Positions 43,957-52,207 of a stretch of 64,000 nucleotides of DNA are shown piece by piece. Below the pieces are notes generated by a model, which saw nothing but the letters and a program-made list of their open reading frames with translations, had not been told where the DNA came from and searched no databases. Made by a program: the position numbers and the translations under genes. The stretch's first letter is position 1. Every line of letters starts with the position of its first letter. The DNA comes from Candidatus Woesearchaeota archaeon (lineage in GTDB: Archaea > Nanobdellota > Nanobdellia > Pacearchaeales > GW2011-AR1), in assembly GCA_964578845.1 (NCBI GenBank), contig CAZOEF010000003.1, forward strand, positions 74,137 to 138,136. The letters are read 5' to 3'.

Positions 43957-44532
43957 TTAGTCGTGAACGCTTTTATGGAAGGGAGTGAAAAGAACAGGGC
44001 TATTATCCTTCTCAGGAGGCTTGCCTGCAGTGACAAATACTGCTATTATTACTATTACTAATATAACTCCTCCTACAATAAGGCCCCAATACTCTTGCCA
44101 GAAGAATGAATTGAACCATGGGGTTGTAGCATTGAAAGTCATTATCAATATTATTACCCCGATGATAGCTCCTGCAGCTGCAAAACCTATTGTCCATCCT
44201 TTCTTACTCTTATCATCAATAAATAATCCAGCCAACAAGACAATTGAGATTAATGCGGCTAGGCCTACTCCAAACCTAGGAAATAATTCCGTAAAGAATA
44301 CCTGTACAAATCCTAGTCTTAATGACATTAATCCTATGATCAAAGATATAATTAAGTTTACTCCTTTATGCCCTCCAAGAATCCTTGTAGTTGTTAAGAC
44401 TCCAAAGATAACTGCAAATATCAAAAGAAAAGGCAAGATCAAATCAAATACTCCATAAGCTTCCCACGTATTCAATAGTTCATAGATGCTAAAAGCCTGA
44501 AGGAATATGCCTGTAAAACCACTAATCACCAT
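43957..44532 (-). CDS. polytopic membrane protein, tandem paralog 2 of 3
   Basis: LILPFLLIFAVIFGVLTTTRILGGHKG. Confidence 0.6.
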   Translation of the reverse strand: MVISGFTGIFLQAFSIYELLNTWEAYGVFDLILPFLLIFAVIFGVLTTTRILGGHKGVNLIISLIIGLMSLRLGFVQVFFTELFPRFGVGLAALISIVLLAGLFIDDKSKKGWTIGFAAAGAIIGVIILIMTFNATTPWFNSFFWQEYWGLIVGGVILVIVIIAVFVTAGKPPEKDNSPVLFTPFHKSVHD

Positions 44533-44570
44533 TCAAAAAATAACTGCAGATTATTTATATATGTTTCTAA

Positions 44571-45080
44571 TTAATCCTTGTCTTTCTTTTCCTTGCCGCC
44601 GCCCCATAACGCTATTGCTATGGCTCCTAAGATAATCACTATGAATATTGCATTAGTTATTATCGCTGAATTATCATTTCCAATTATCCATTCGTTATTT
44701 ATGTATTCCCAAGCTCCTGTCGAAATAACTACTGCTATTATAGTAGCTATAGCAATAAGGCCAAATATTGTCCATTGCAATCCCTTGTGCAGTGTGAAAT
44801 TTTCCTTGCCCTGGAAAACTAATGAGTATAGCATAAGGAAGACTAAGATTATAACTACTGAAACAGCCAAGAAAGGCATCAGGCTGTTTATCACTCCTAC
44901 CGCATTTGCAAAGGATATTACAATTAATGCTATAACTAGCGCAACGATCGCATCGATCTGTTTCTTGCCATCACCTAAGATTTTGGATTTTTGTAAGATC
45001 GCAAACATCACAGTGAATATAAGAACAAAAGGAAGTATCGCGTTCACCACCAAAGGACTACTTAAAATTGTCTCAGCCAT
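44571..45080 (-). CDS. polytopic membrane protein, tandem paralog 1 of 3
   Basis: AILPFVLIFTVMFAILQKSKILGDGKK. The ATG at 45078-45080 is preferred over the track's TTG at 45086. Confidence 0.6.
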   Translation of the reverse strand: MAETILSSPLVVNAILPFVLIFTVMFAILQKSKILGDGKKQIDAIVALVIALIVISFANAVGVINSLMPFLAVSVVIILVFLMLYSLVFQGKENFTLHKGLQWTIFGLIAIATIIAVVISTGAWEYINNEWIIGNDNSAIITNAIFIVIILGAIAIALWGGGKEKKDKD

Positions 45081-45114
45081 TGTCAAAAAGATTGATTAAT
45101 CTATTTAAATATTG

Positions 45115-45420
45115 CTAAAAACTTTCAAAATCAGAACTTCCCTGCTGATGTTCAGCAGGCATTTCCATTCCTTCATCCCTTGAAGGCAATGATGCTTTAT
45201 TTATGATGAAGATATCCCCTATTGCTTTAACAAATTGCTGAGGGATGATCACTCCTCTTGCTCCTCCAAGAACACTCATAAATCCGCCGCCAACTTTGAT
45301 CTTCCATCCGTCTATCTTATTATCCACCAAATTAACATCTTCGACTTGTCCGAAATAATCTCCGTCTGATGTATAGACGTGCTTGCCTACAACTTCTGCC
45401 ATCTTTTTGATTCTTAGCAT
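45115..45420 (-). CDS. PRC-barrel domain protein
   Basis: 101 aa with VVGKHVYTSDGDYFGQVEDVNLVDNKIDGWKIKV. It heads the three membrane paralogs. Confidence 0.6.
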   Translation of the reverse strand: MLRIKKMAEVVGKHVYTSDGDYFGQVEDVNLVDNKIDGWKIKVGGGFMSVLGGARGVIIPQQFVKAIGDIFIINKASLPSRDEGMEMPAEHQQGSSDFESF

Positions 45421-45501
45421 GCCTAATACTCGTTAAGACGCCTATTTATAGTTTACGATTATCAAAAATATATCTTATACTAGCACAACAATAATCTTTA
45501 A

Positions 45502-46164
45502 ATGCGTTATCCCTCTCTAAACTCTATGAATCAGTCAGAAATGCTAAATATAGTGATCGCTATTGCAGTATTGGCAATTGTCATAGGCTTAGCACCTATG
45601 ATAGCGCTTGACCCTTACGGAATGGTTTTAGCCCTGGCATTTGCTATTATAATAATCGGCACTAATATTTTATCTAAAGTGTTAATGGCTCTTAACCTTG
45701 ATGCTAAAGTAGAGCACTCAATCTGGCAATGGTCAAGGTATGGATTTAAGGAATCAGAAAAATTAGCTAAATCTATTCCTATGGGCATTATTCTCCCTTT
45801 AGCTTTTTCAGTCATTTCACTTGGAGCATTAAAGGTAATGACAATATTAACTTATGAGACTTCTGCCCTTAAAAGACGTGCTGCAAGGCGCCACGGACAT
45901 ATGAGCTTCACAGAGATAACAGACTGGCATAATGCCTTGATCGGAGGGGCTGGAATTATCGCAGTCTTATTGGTTTCATTCATCTCTTACTGGATTCCTG
46001 GCTTTGAAGGCCTTTCAAGAGCTGCGGCGTTCTATGCATTCTTCAATATGCTCCCGGTTTCAAAATTAGATGGAGCACAGATATTCTTCGGTTCAAGAGT
46101 ATTATGGTACACACTAGGAATAATCACTTTGATATTCACAGGTTATGCGTTATTGCTAGTTTAA
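45502..46164 (+). CDS. polytopic membrane protein with site-2-protease-like C-terminal motif but no HExxH
   Basis: 220 aa. FNMLPVSKLDGAQIF resembles the M50 NxxPxxxLDG motif. No HExxH is found anywhere in the ORF. Confidence 0.4.
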   Translation: MRYPSLNSMNQSEMLNIVIAIAVLAIVIGLAPMIALDPYGMVLALAFAIIIIGTNILSKVLMALNLDAKVEHSIWQWSRYGFKESEKLAKSIPMGIILPLAFSVISLGALKVMTILTYETSALKRRAARRHGHMSFTEITDWHNALIGGAGIIAVLLVSFISYWIPGFEGLSRAAAFYAFFNMLPVSKLDGAQIFFGSRVLWYTLGIITLIFTGYALLLV

Positions 46165-46195
46165 CCGTTTAACTTAATTACTTAGGAAATTCTAA

Positions 46196-47746
46196 ATGAA
46201 TATGATAAACCTAAATCCCAGAGACTATCAGAAAGCTATATTTGAAACAGCCAAAGACAAGAATACTCTTGTGGTTTTACCGACAGGAGTGGGAAAGACA
46301 CTCATTGCGTTAATGCTTTCTATTGATAGATTGAAAAAATACCCTGGCCAGAAAATATTGATTTTAGCTCCTACAAAACCTCTTGTTGAGCAGCATTTAG
46401 AATCTTTCAGAAAGCAGATACCTGAACTGTTTGCAGATCTGCAATTATTCACCGGAACAGTTCCGGCCAAGCAAAGGCAGAAAATATGGCAGACTGCAGA
46501 AATAATCTTCTCAACCCCTCAGTGCATAGCGAATGATCTTAAACACTATCTTTACGATCTGAAGGAAGTTGCTCTACTGGTGATCGATGAAGCTCACAGA
46601 TGTTTAAAAAATTATGATTACACTAATGTTGTAAGATTCTATAAGCAGCAGGCAGAAAATCCTAGAATCTTGGGCTTGACAGCTTCCCCTGGATCTGAAA
46701 AAGATAAAGTAAAGCAGATATGCAAGCACTTGGACGTAGAAGAAGTCGAGATCAGGCATAGGGATTCCCCGGATGTTAAGCCGTATTTGCAGGAAAGAGA
46801 TTATCAAAAAATAGAAGTTCCTTTTCCCCAGGAGTTTATTGAGATCCGTACACTATTAAGAAAGATTTATGACAGCAAGGTGGATCAATTAAAAAATCGC
46901 AACCTTCTTTTCGGCCCTGCTAATAAAATAACTTTACTAAAACTACAGCAAAGGCTAGCTACACAGGCTGGCCCTGGGAATTTCAATGCAATGCTCGGAA
47001 TGTCTCTTTGCGCACAGGCAATAAAAATATCCCATGCAATAGAATTATTAGAGACGCAAACACTTTCCGGAACTAAGGATTATTTAGATTCGCTAAAAAA
47101 ACAGGCTGACCAGAAAAAAAGCAAAGGAGTTATTACTCTTGTAAACTCTCCTGAGTTCCAGGCAGCTTATTTATCATTATCACAATTGCTTGAACAGAAA
47201 ATGGAGCATCCTAAAATTGAGGAATTAAGGGTTTTAGTTGATGAGGAATTTCAAATAAGTGGGAAGGCAAAAATAATAATTTTTTCCCAATTCCGCGAGA
47301 CCGCTGCTACAATTGCTAGAAAACTAAATGAAAATAAAGAGATAAACGCTAAATTGTTCGTAGGCCAGGCTAAGAAAACAAATTCATCAGGTTCAACAGG
47401 ATTATCACAAAAAGAGCAGAAAAAAGTCATCGATGATTTTAGGGAAGGGATAGTGAACGTCATCTGCGCTACCTCTATAGGTGAGGAAGGTTTAGATATT
47501 CCTGAAGTCAACGCTGTCTATTTCTATGAGCCAATCCCGTCAGCTATCAGAAAGATCCAAAGAGCAGGCCGAACAGCTCGATTAATGCCTGGTAAATTAG
47601 CAATATTGATAACTAAAGACACTCGCGACCAGATAAACCACTACGCTTCAACTGCAAGAGAGAAAAAGATGTATAAGACAATTGACGAAGTCAAGAGCGA
47701 ATTAAGAACCCAAAAAAGAGAAAAGACATTGGATGATTATAGATAA
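46196..47746 (+). CDS. hef: Hef/FANCM/Mph1-type SF2 helicase (helicase part only)
   Basis: 516 aa with PRDYQKAIFETAKDKNTLVVLPTGVGKTLIA, LAPTKPLVEQH, DEAHR and QRAGRTAR. Confidence 0.8.
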   Translation: MNMINLNPRDYQKAIFETAKDKNTLVVLPTGVGKTLIALMLSIDRLKKYPGQKILILAPTKPLVEQHLESFRKQIPELFADLQLFTGTVPAKQRQKIWQTAEIIFSTPQCIANDLKHYLYDLKEVALLVIDEAHRCLKNYDYTNVVRFYKQQAENPRILGLTASPGSEKDKVKQICKHLDVEEVEIRHRDSPDVKPYLQERDYQKIEVPFPQEFIEIRTLLRKIYDSKVDQLKNRNLLFGPANKITLLKLQQRLATQAGPGNFNAMLGMSLCAQAIKISHAIELLETQTLSGTKDYLDSLKKQADQKKSKGVITLVNSPEFQAAYLSLSQLLEQKMEHPKIEELRVLVDEEFQISGKAKIIIFSQFRETAATIARKLNENKEINAKLFVGQAKKTNSSGSTGLSQKEQKKVIDDFREGIVNVICATSIGEEGLDIPEVNAVYFYEPIPSAIRKIQRAGRTARLMPGKLAILITKDTRDQINHYASTAREKKMYKTIDEVKSELRTQKREKTLDDYR

Positions 47747-47747
47747 T

Positions 47748-48689
47748 CTAAACAGTATATCTTGTCGGTTGGATCATAGACAAAGTATAACCTCTATCTT
47801 CGCTTGTTGTTAATAATTCCGTTCTAAATCCCGAATCCGATAATAATTTAGTAAATGTCCATTCTGTGAATTTTGCAGACCTTGCTAATAATATCAATTC
47901 TCCTTTCTTCAAGGTAAAAGACTCAGATCCTACAGTTAATTTAGCATCCTTCTTCATTTTTAGTTTTACCTCTATCCTGCTTTCACTAGCATTCCAGCTA
48001 ACAAGATATTCAGAATTACTTGGATTTAATCCGATCTTATTCGGGATGAAACCTAAAAGATTAAAGACTAATTTGTTAGTGTAATGGGGAACTAACTGCT
48101 CAGCCTTGACTAAATTAGTCATCTCCATGCCAAGAAGTAAATAATCCTCAGAACTCATGGATTCAAGCATATTTGATAGAACCCTGTTCATATCTGAAAA
48201 ATTTCCTAGTGTGCTTCCTAAAAAAAGAAGAAGGTTTGCAGTACCGTCCTTCCTAAGATTGTAAATTTTGTCAGAGAATTGTCCAGAGTCAAGATCCAGA
48301 AGTATCTTTTGAGAATCTGCTCCAAAATCTTTTTTTATTTTCTTCTCTGCCAGATTGAGCATCTCTTCAGAGATATCTACAGGAACATAATTGAACTTTA
48401 TCTTTTTTTGATTAAGTTTTTCTAGTATCGGGTATGTAGGAGCTCCATCCCCGCATCCAATATCTATGACATTAAGTTGTTTTACACCTTCATATTTTCT
48501 AAGAAAATCCTCTGCTCTTGAATTAAGCAACTTCTTTTCTATAAGATTTATTCCGCCGGATTTTGCTCGCTCCTTGGCAATGGCTTCCCAATTATAAGCC
48601 CCCTCTCCAAGATAAGCAAATTTTAATGGAATTTCTCCCCTTCCCTTGATAGCAGTCAATAGTTCAAATTCTTGCTTCTTAGTGAACAT
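47748..48689 (-). CDS. EgtD-like SAM-dependent methyltransferase (Methyltransf_33 type)
   Basis: VIDIGCGDGAPT and LFLGSTLGNF. The ATG at 48687-48689 is preferred over the GTG at 48698. Confidence 0.6.
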   Translation of the reverse strand: MFTKKQEFELLTAIKGRGEIPLKFAYLGEGAYNWEAIAKERAKSGGINLIEKKLLNSRAEDFLRKYEGVKQLNVIDIGCGDGAPTYPILEKLNQKKIKFNYVPVDISEEMLNLAEKKIKKDFGADSQKILLDLDSGQFSDKIYNLRKDGTANLLLFLGSTLGNFSDMNRVLSNMLESMSSEDYLLLGMEMTNLVKAEQLVPHYTNKLVFNLLGFIPNKIGLNPSNSEYLVSWNASESRIEVKLKMKKDAKLTVGSESFTLKKGELILLARSAKFTEWTFTKLLSDSGFRTELLTTSEDRGYTLSMIQPTRYTV

Positions 48690-48922
48690 ATAAAACACAG
48701 TGATTTATAGTATATAAATTATTCAACTTTAGATAACAACAATATTTAATACTTTATTTGATAATAATACCTATGGGATTACTAGACTTGCTCGGATTAG
48801 GAAGAGATAGAGGTGTAATGGTCCTCCTTGTGGGAATTCTAGGCTTATTCAAGGCTTACAAAAAGTAAAACAGTTGTATTTCTGGGACTCTTATTTATTA
48901 ATTAAATCAAGTCATTTCTCTT

Positions 48923-49588
48923 ATGGCTAAAATGTACAATATATTCTCTAAAAAACCAATAAAAGAAAGAAAGATAAAAGTCTTAGTAGACAATAGAGAG
49001 AGAAATTCTTTAGTAATCTCTGAATTGAATAAACTGGAAATAATCACCGAGTTCAGGCAGCTGCCTGTAGCTGATTATATTGTAGACGGTTTAGCTATAG
49101 AAAGAAAAACACTCTGGGATTTTAAGTCTTCAATAATAAACAAGAGGATAATGCAGCAGTTGCTAGAATTAAAACAATATCCTGAGCATTTCCTGATCTT
49201 AGAGGGGCTGGAATCAACAGACCCTTATTCAGGAGGAATACACGAAAATGCTTTCAGGGGTTTTCTTTTATCAGTATTACTGGATTACAAAGTCCCGATT
49301 ATATTTACCCTTAACGAGAAGGACACCGCTAAATATATTTCAGTCCTTGCAAAAAAGCAGAAGAAAACAGACCTATCAATACGTCCATCAAAGACTTTTA
49401 TGACAGAAAAAGAACAATTGCAGTTCATCCTTGAAGGCTTTCCAGGAATAGGCCCGATAGCTGCTAAAAAATTATTGAGCCATTTCAAGACTATCAAAAA
49501 CTTAGCTAATTCAACAGAAGAGGAATTAAAATCTATAATAGGAAAGAAAGCTGAGGTCTTTTACAGGTTAATCACCTGGATGTATTGA
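48923..49588 (+). CDS. XPF/Hef-type ERCC4 nuclease domain plus (HhH)2
   Basis: 221 aa with VLVDNRERNS, ADYIVDGLAIERKTLWDF and GFPGIGPIAAKKLLSHF. Confidence 0.8.
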   Translation: MAKMYNIFSKKPIKERKIKVLVDNRERNSLVISELNKLEIITEFRQLPVADYIVDGLAIERKTLWDFKSSIINKRIMQQLLELKQYPEHFLILEGLESTDPYSGGIHENAFRGFLLSVLLDYKVPIIFTLNEKDTAKYISVLAKKQKKTDLSIRPSKTFMTEKEQLQFILEGFPGIGPIAAKKLLSHFKTIKNLANSTEEELKSIIGKKAEVFYRLITWMY

Positions 49589-49921
49589 AGCCGCTAAAAA
49601 ATCTAATTCAGCTGCTCTTCCAATTTCTCTATAAGTATCATAAAGTCCTTGTTCACAATGATATAACCCTACTCCTCTTTCTTCTAAATATAACCTTCCG
49701 TCATCTCTCTCAGCTTCAGGAATTCCTAGCCTTAAGGATTCAACTGTTTCAACCAGTTTGAAACAATCCTCTACTATACTAGGAGTTATTCGTGCGTCTT
49801 CATACCATTGATCTATCAGAATGTCAAATGCATTTCTAATTTTCTGCATTTGGGAATCAAATCTTCTCATAAGAAAATGATCGCTATAAGCTCCTTCCCA
49901 AGTCTTCTTCCTGCCACGCAT
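49568..49921 (-). CDS. Arg-rich orphan protein (117 aa)
   Basis: About 12 Arg versus 4 Lys. It overlaps the XPF gene end convergently by 21 nt. No family recognised. Confidence 0.4.
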   Translation of the reverse strand: MRGRKKTWEGAYSDHFLMRRFDSQMQKIRNAFDILIDQWYEDARITPSIVEDCFKLVETVESLRLGIPEAERDDGRLYLEERGVGLYHCEQGLYDTYREIGRAAELDFLAASIHPGD

Positions 49922-49951
49922 ATTTTTTCTTATTTTGAAGCGTTTAAAAAA

Positions 49952-50263
49952 TTATCTGAGCCTTAGTACTTTTATTTGCCTAGTTCCCTCATACTCGCTA
50001 ACTAATCCTTCAATTAAGATTTCCTTGCCTTTATATTGCCCCAGGCAGTTGCTGCAAGTTGCATCAATCCCATTTATTTTCATTATCTTGAATTCATCAT
50101 ACAATTTTTCTTCAGTCACTTTTCCATATAAAATAACTTTAGTATTCAAAGGCAATTCTTTGATATCATCAATGGATCTAACTTGCTTAGCAGGCAGGTT
50201 CATTGAAAACAATAAGATGCCTATTCCAATTATTGATAAAACAAGGCAAATTCTAGGTATCAT
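49952..50263 (-). CDS. TM-anchored OB-fold-like protein (103 aa)
   Basis: It has an N-terminal TM (ICLVLSIIGIGILLF) and then VILYGKVTEEKL...ILIEGLVSEYEGTRQIKV. A promoter motif lies 21 nt upstream. Preferred over the TTG-started plus-strand ORF 49935..50279. Confidence 0.5.
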   Translation of the reverse strand: MIPRICLVLSIIGIGILLFSMNLPAKQVRSIDDIKELPLNTKVILYGKVTEEKLYDEFKIMKINGIDATCSNCLGQYKGKEILIEGLVSEYEGTRQIKVLRLR

Positions 50264-50284
50264 TTTAAAAATGTTTTAGTTTGA

Positions 50285-50296
50285 TTAATTAATCAG
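50285..50296 (-). promoter_or_regulatory. TATA-like promoter motif CTGATTAATTAA (minus) 21 nt upstream of the ATG at 50263
   Basis: The identical 12-mer recurs at 50946-50957, 22 nt upstream of the ATG at 50923. The spacing fits leaderless archaeal transcripts. Confidence 0.4.
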
Positions 50297-50366
50297 CCTC
50301 TCAAAATTGAGGGAGTCTCAACTAAAACAACAAATTTTAAATATTAGAAGATGTTACCTAAAATAT

Positions 50367-50468
50367 AGGGGAAAGCGACCTGACGAATCCCGTGCCTCCT
50401 TTAAGGAGATAGGAGAAATCCGAAGATGATGCGGTTAGTAGGATTGACGGACGCCCTTACCCTATTTT
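50367..50468 (+). ncRNA. candidate ~100-nt structured RNA, family unassigned (strand tentative)
   Basis: A GC-rich island sits in an AT-rich spacer. TTTTAAATAT lies at 50335-50344, about 25 nt before AGGGGAAAGCG. Long-range pairing is GGG..AA..GCG (50368-50377) with CGC..TT..CCC (50452-50462). Internal hairpins are CTCC-TTTAA-GGAG and GGA-GAAA-TCC. The region ends in a T-run at 50465-50468. Confidence 0.35.
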
Positions 50469-50923
50469 AATCTTTCAATATTTAGAAAGGTGTCCAAAAC
50501 CAAACTCATTTGATGCACTTCAGTGCCCTTTTTCATTTCACTTTCTCTTACCACTTTCATTTTCTTTCCATCAATTATTTTTACAAGCCTTTCAAAGTTA
50601 GAATATTGCTTATCATCTACAGAAATAAAAATAAGGAAGTTATTATGCACATTTAGGAAATTAAAGACGTCTGAATAAATTTCAGGTGTTGCCCTAACTC
50701 CTTTTATTTTCAATCCTGAAATTAAGGAAGCAACTTTTTCTTTGGCAATAACCTTCTTAATAGATTTAAGATATGACCTCTTATGCTTAACTTCGTTATA
50801 ATGAGAGAACTTAGATATTTTAGTTAAAAATTTTCTAACATTATCCTTGCCTATTATCATATAACCTAGAAAATTCTCAGAATAATCGATAAAAATGTAA
50901 TAATCAAATTCATTGTAATTCAT
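50462..50923 (-). CDS. NYN/LabA-like (PIN-superfamily) small protein, putative RNase
   Basis: 153 aa. YYIFIDYSENFLGY (first-strand Asp) and LIFISVDDKQYSNFERLVKIIDGKKMKVV parallel the FIDxxN and SGDSDF...G..V motifs of NYN domains. Confidence 0.4.
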   Translation of the reverse strand: MNYNEFDYYIFIDYSENFLGYMIIGKDNVRKFLTKISKFSHYNEVKHKRSYLKSIKKVIAKEKVASLISGLKIKGVRATPEIYSDVFNFLNVHNNFLIFISVDDKQYSNFERLVKIIDGKKMKVVRESEMKKGTEVHQMSLVLDTFLNIERLK

Positions 50924-50945
50924 TAAGAAACCGCTAATAACAAGG

Positions 50946-50957
50946 TTAATTAATCAG
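50946..50957 (-). promoter_or_regulatory. TATA-like promoter motif CTGATTAATTAA (minus) 22 nt upstream of the ATG at 50923
   Basis: It is an exact copy of the 12-mer at 50285-50296. Confidence 0.4.
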
Positions 50958-50981
50958 TTTCCTAAAAGTGGAACTCCCTCA

Positions 50982-52130
50982 CTAAGCGAACTTCTCTACT
51001 TCTTTGGCAATTTCTTTGACAACTCGTTTATCTACTAAATCAACGACCACTTTATTTCTTGTTGGTTTCTTTACTAAGGAAGCTAATTTCAGTGCTGCAG
51101 CCATCTTCATCTCAGGAGTAATCTGTTTTATTCTCTTGTTCAAAGCTCCTCTGAATAATCCTGGCAAGACTAAAATATTATTGACTTGGTTAGGAAAATC
51201 ACTTCTTCCTGTTGCGACAATTGCCGCCCCTGCTTTTTTGGCTTCATCAGGAAATATTTCAGGAGTTGGGTTAGCTAAAGCGAAAATTATCGGATCTTTG
51301 TTCATCTGCTTTATCATTTCTCCTTTCAATACTCCTGCTCTAGATAATCCTATAAATGCGTCTGCCCCTTTCAGAATCTCTGCTAGATTTCCTCGTGCTC
51401 CATTTTTATTAGTCACTTTTGCTAACTCTTCTTTATGGTTAGTCAATTCCCTTCCGGAATAAATTGCTCCCTTGCTATCAACCACAATTAAGTCTTTGAC
51501 TTTCCTTGAATGTAATGGAAAGCCTTCTCCCACTAACATCTTGGCTACAGCAGTCCCTGCCGCTCCTGCTCCGCTGATGACTACTTTTAACTCTTCAAAA
51601 TCCTTCTTCAGGACTTTAGTAGCATTTAGCAATGTAGAGTAAACAGCTATAGCAGTCCCGTGCTGGTCATCGTGCACTACAGGAATACCTATATCTTGCA
51701 GTCTCTCCTCAATCTCAAAACATTTTGGAGCATCGATGTCTTCTAAAACTATCCCTCCAAATCTAGGAGAGATATTTTTGACCAGTTCAACAATCTCATT
51801 CTCATCTTGTGTGTGCACACATATTGGAACAGCATCAATATCAGCGAATTCCTTGAATAGAACTGCTTTCCCTTCCATCACTGGAATTGCCGCTTCAGCT
51901 CCAACGTGCCCCATTCCAAGCACAGCTGTCCCGTCAGTTACAATAGCTACAGAATTCTTCTTGGCCGTATACAAATAAGCATTATCTTTATTCTTGGCAA
52001 TCTCAGAAACGACATCAGCTACGCCAGGAGTGTAAGCAAGTTTCAAAGTATTCTTTGAAACTCTAAACTTCGGCTTCACTTCAGTCTTGCCAAAATACCT
52101 CTTATGGAAATCCAGAACTTCTTTTTTCAT
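50982..52130 (-). CDS. NAD(P)-dependent malic enzyme (short archaeal/bacterial type)
   Basis: 382 aa with LAYTPGVADV, VTDGTAVLGMGHVGAEAAIPVMEGKAVLFKEFADIDAVPI and ISGAGAAGTA. Confidence 0.85.
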   Translation of the reverse strand: MKKEVLDFHKRYFGKTEVKPKFRVSKNTLKLAYTPGVADVVSEIAKNKDNAYLYTAKKNSVAIVTDGTAVLGMGHVGAEAAIPVMEGKAVLFKEFADIDAVPICVHTQDENEIVELVKNISPRFGGIVLEDIDAPKCFEIEERLQDIGIPVVHDDQHGTAIAVYSTLLNATKVLKKDFEELKVVISGAGAAGTAVAKMLVGEGFPLHSRKVKDLIVVDSKGAIYSGRELTNHKEELAKVTNKNGARGNLAEILKGADAFIGLSRAGVLKGEMIKQMNKDPIIFALANPTPEIFPDEAKKAGAAIVATGRSDFPNQVNNILVLPGLFRGALNKRIKQITPEMKMAAALKLASLVKKPTRNKVVVDLVDKRVVKEIAKEVEKFA

Positions 52131-52207
52131 ACATTACTTTATGGAAATGAGTATTTATTGTTAACTAACACAATATAATTTAAAAACAAACCCCTGATCA
52201 AATTCCT

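Noticed and set aside
43529-45099. Plus-strand ORFs 43529..43921, 43985..44458 and 44578..45099, and minus-strand 44012..44197.
   Set aside because: They are antisense to, or nested in, the three paralogous membrane-protein genes. Mutual similarity of those genes supports the minus-strand long frames.
48773-48868. A 31-aa possible membrane peptide (MGLLDLLGLGRDRGVMVLLVGILGLFKAYKK) in the spacer before the XPF gene.
   Set aside because: It is too short to support from sequence alone and has no coupling to neighbours. It is worth a look only if ribosome profiling or conservation data exist.
49935-50279. TTG-started 114-aa plus-strand ORF overlapping the OB-fold gene.
   Set aside because: It has a non-ATG start and a Ser/Leu/Ile-rich product. 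The minus-strand ORF has an ATG, a promoter motif at the expected distance and a TM plus OB-like pattern.
50359-50469. Calling the GC-rich RNA candidate a 5S rRNA, because of ACCTGAC, CCGAAGATGATGCGG and AGTAGG similarities.
   Set aside because: It is about 100 nt rather than about 120 nt. I could not build the three-way junction with helices II/III and IV/V, and the loop C consensus is absent. It is left as an unassigned ncRNA pending an Rfam scan.
50285-50957. The two TTAATTAATCAG copies flanking the NYN-like gene, considered as terminal repeats or target-site duplication of a small mobile element.
   Set aside because: Each copy sits 21-22 nt upstream of a minus-strand ATG, which fits a shared TATA-type promoter much better. 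No transposase is present and the flanks are not otherwise repeated.
51004-51978. Plus-strand ORFs 51004..51462 and 51736..51978.
   Set aside because: They are antisense to the malic enzyme gene, which has unambiguous motifs.
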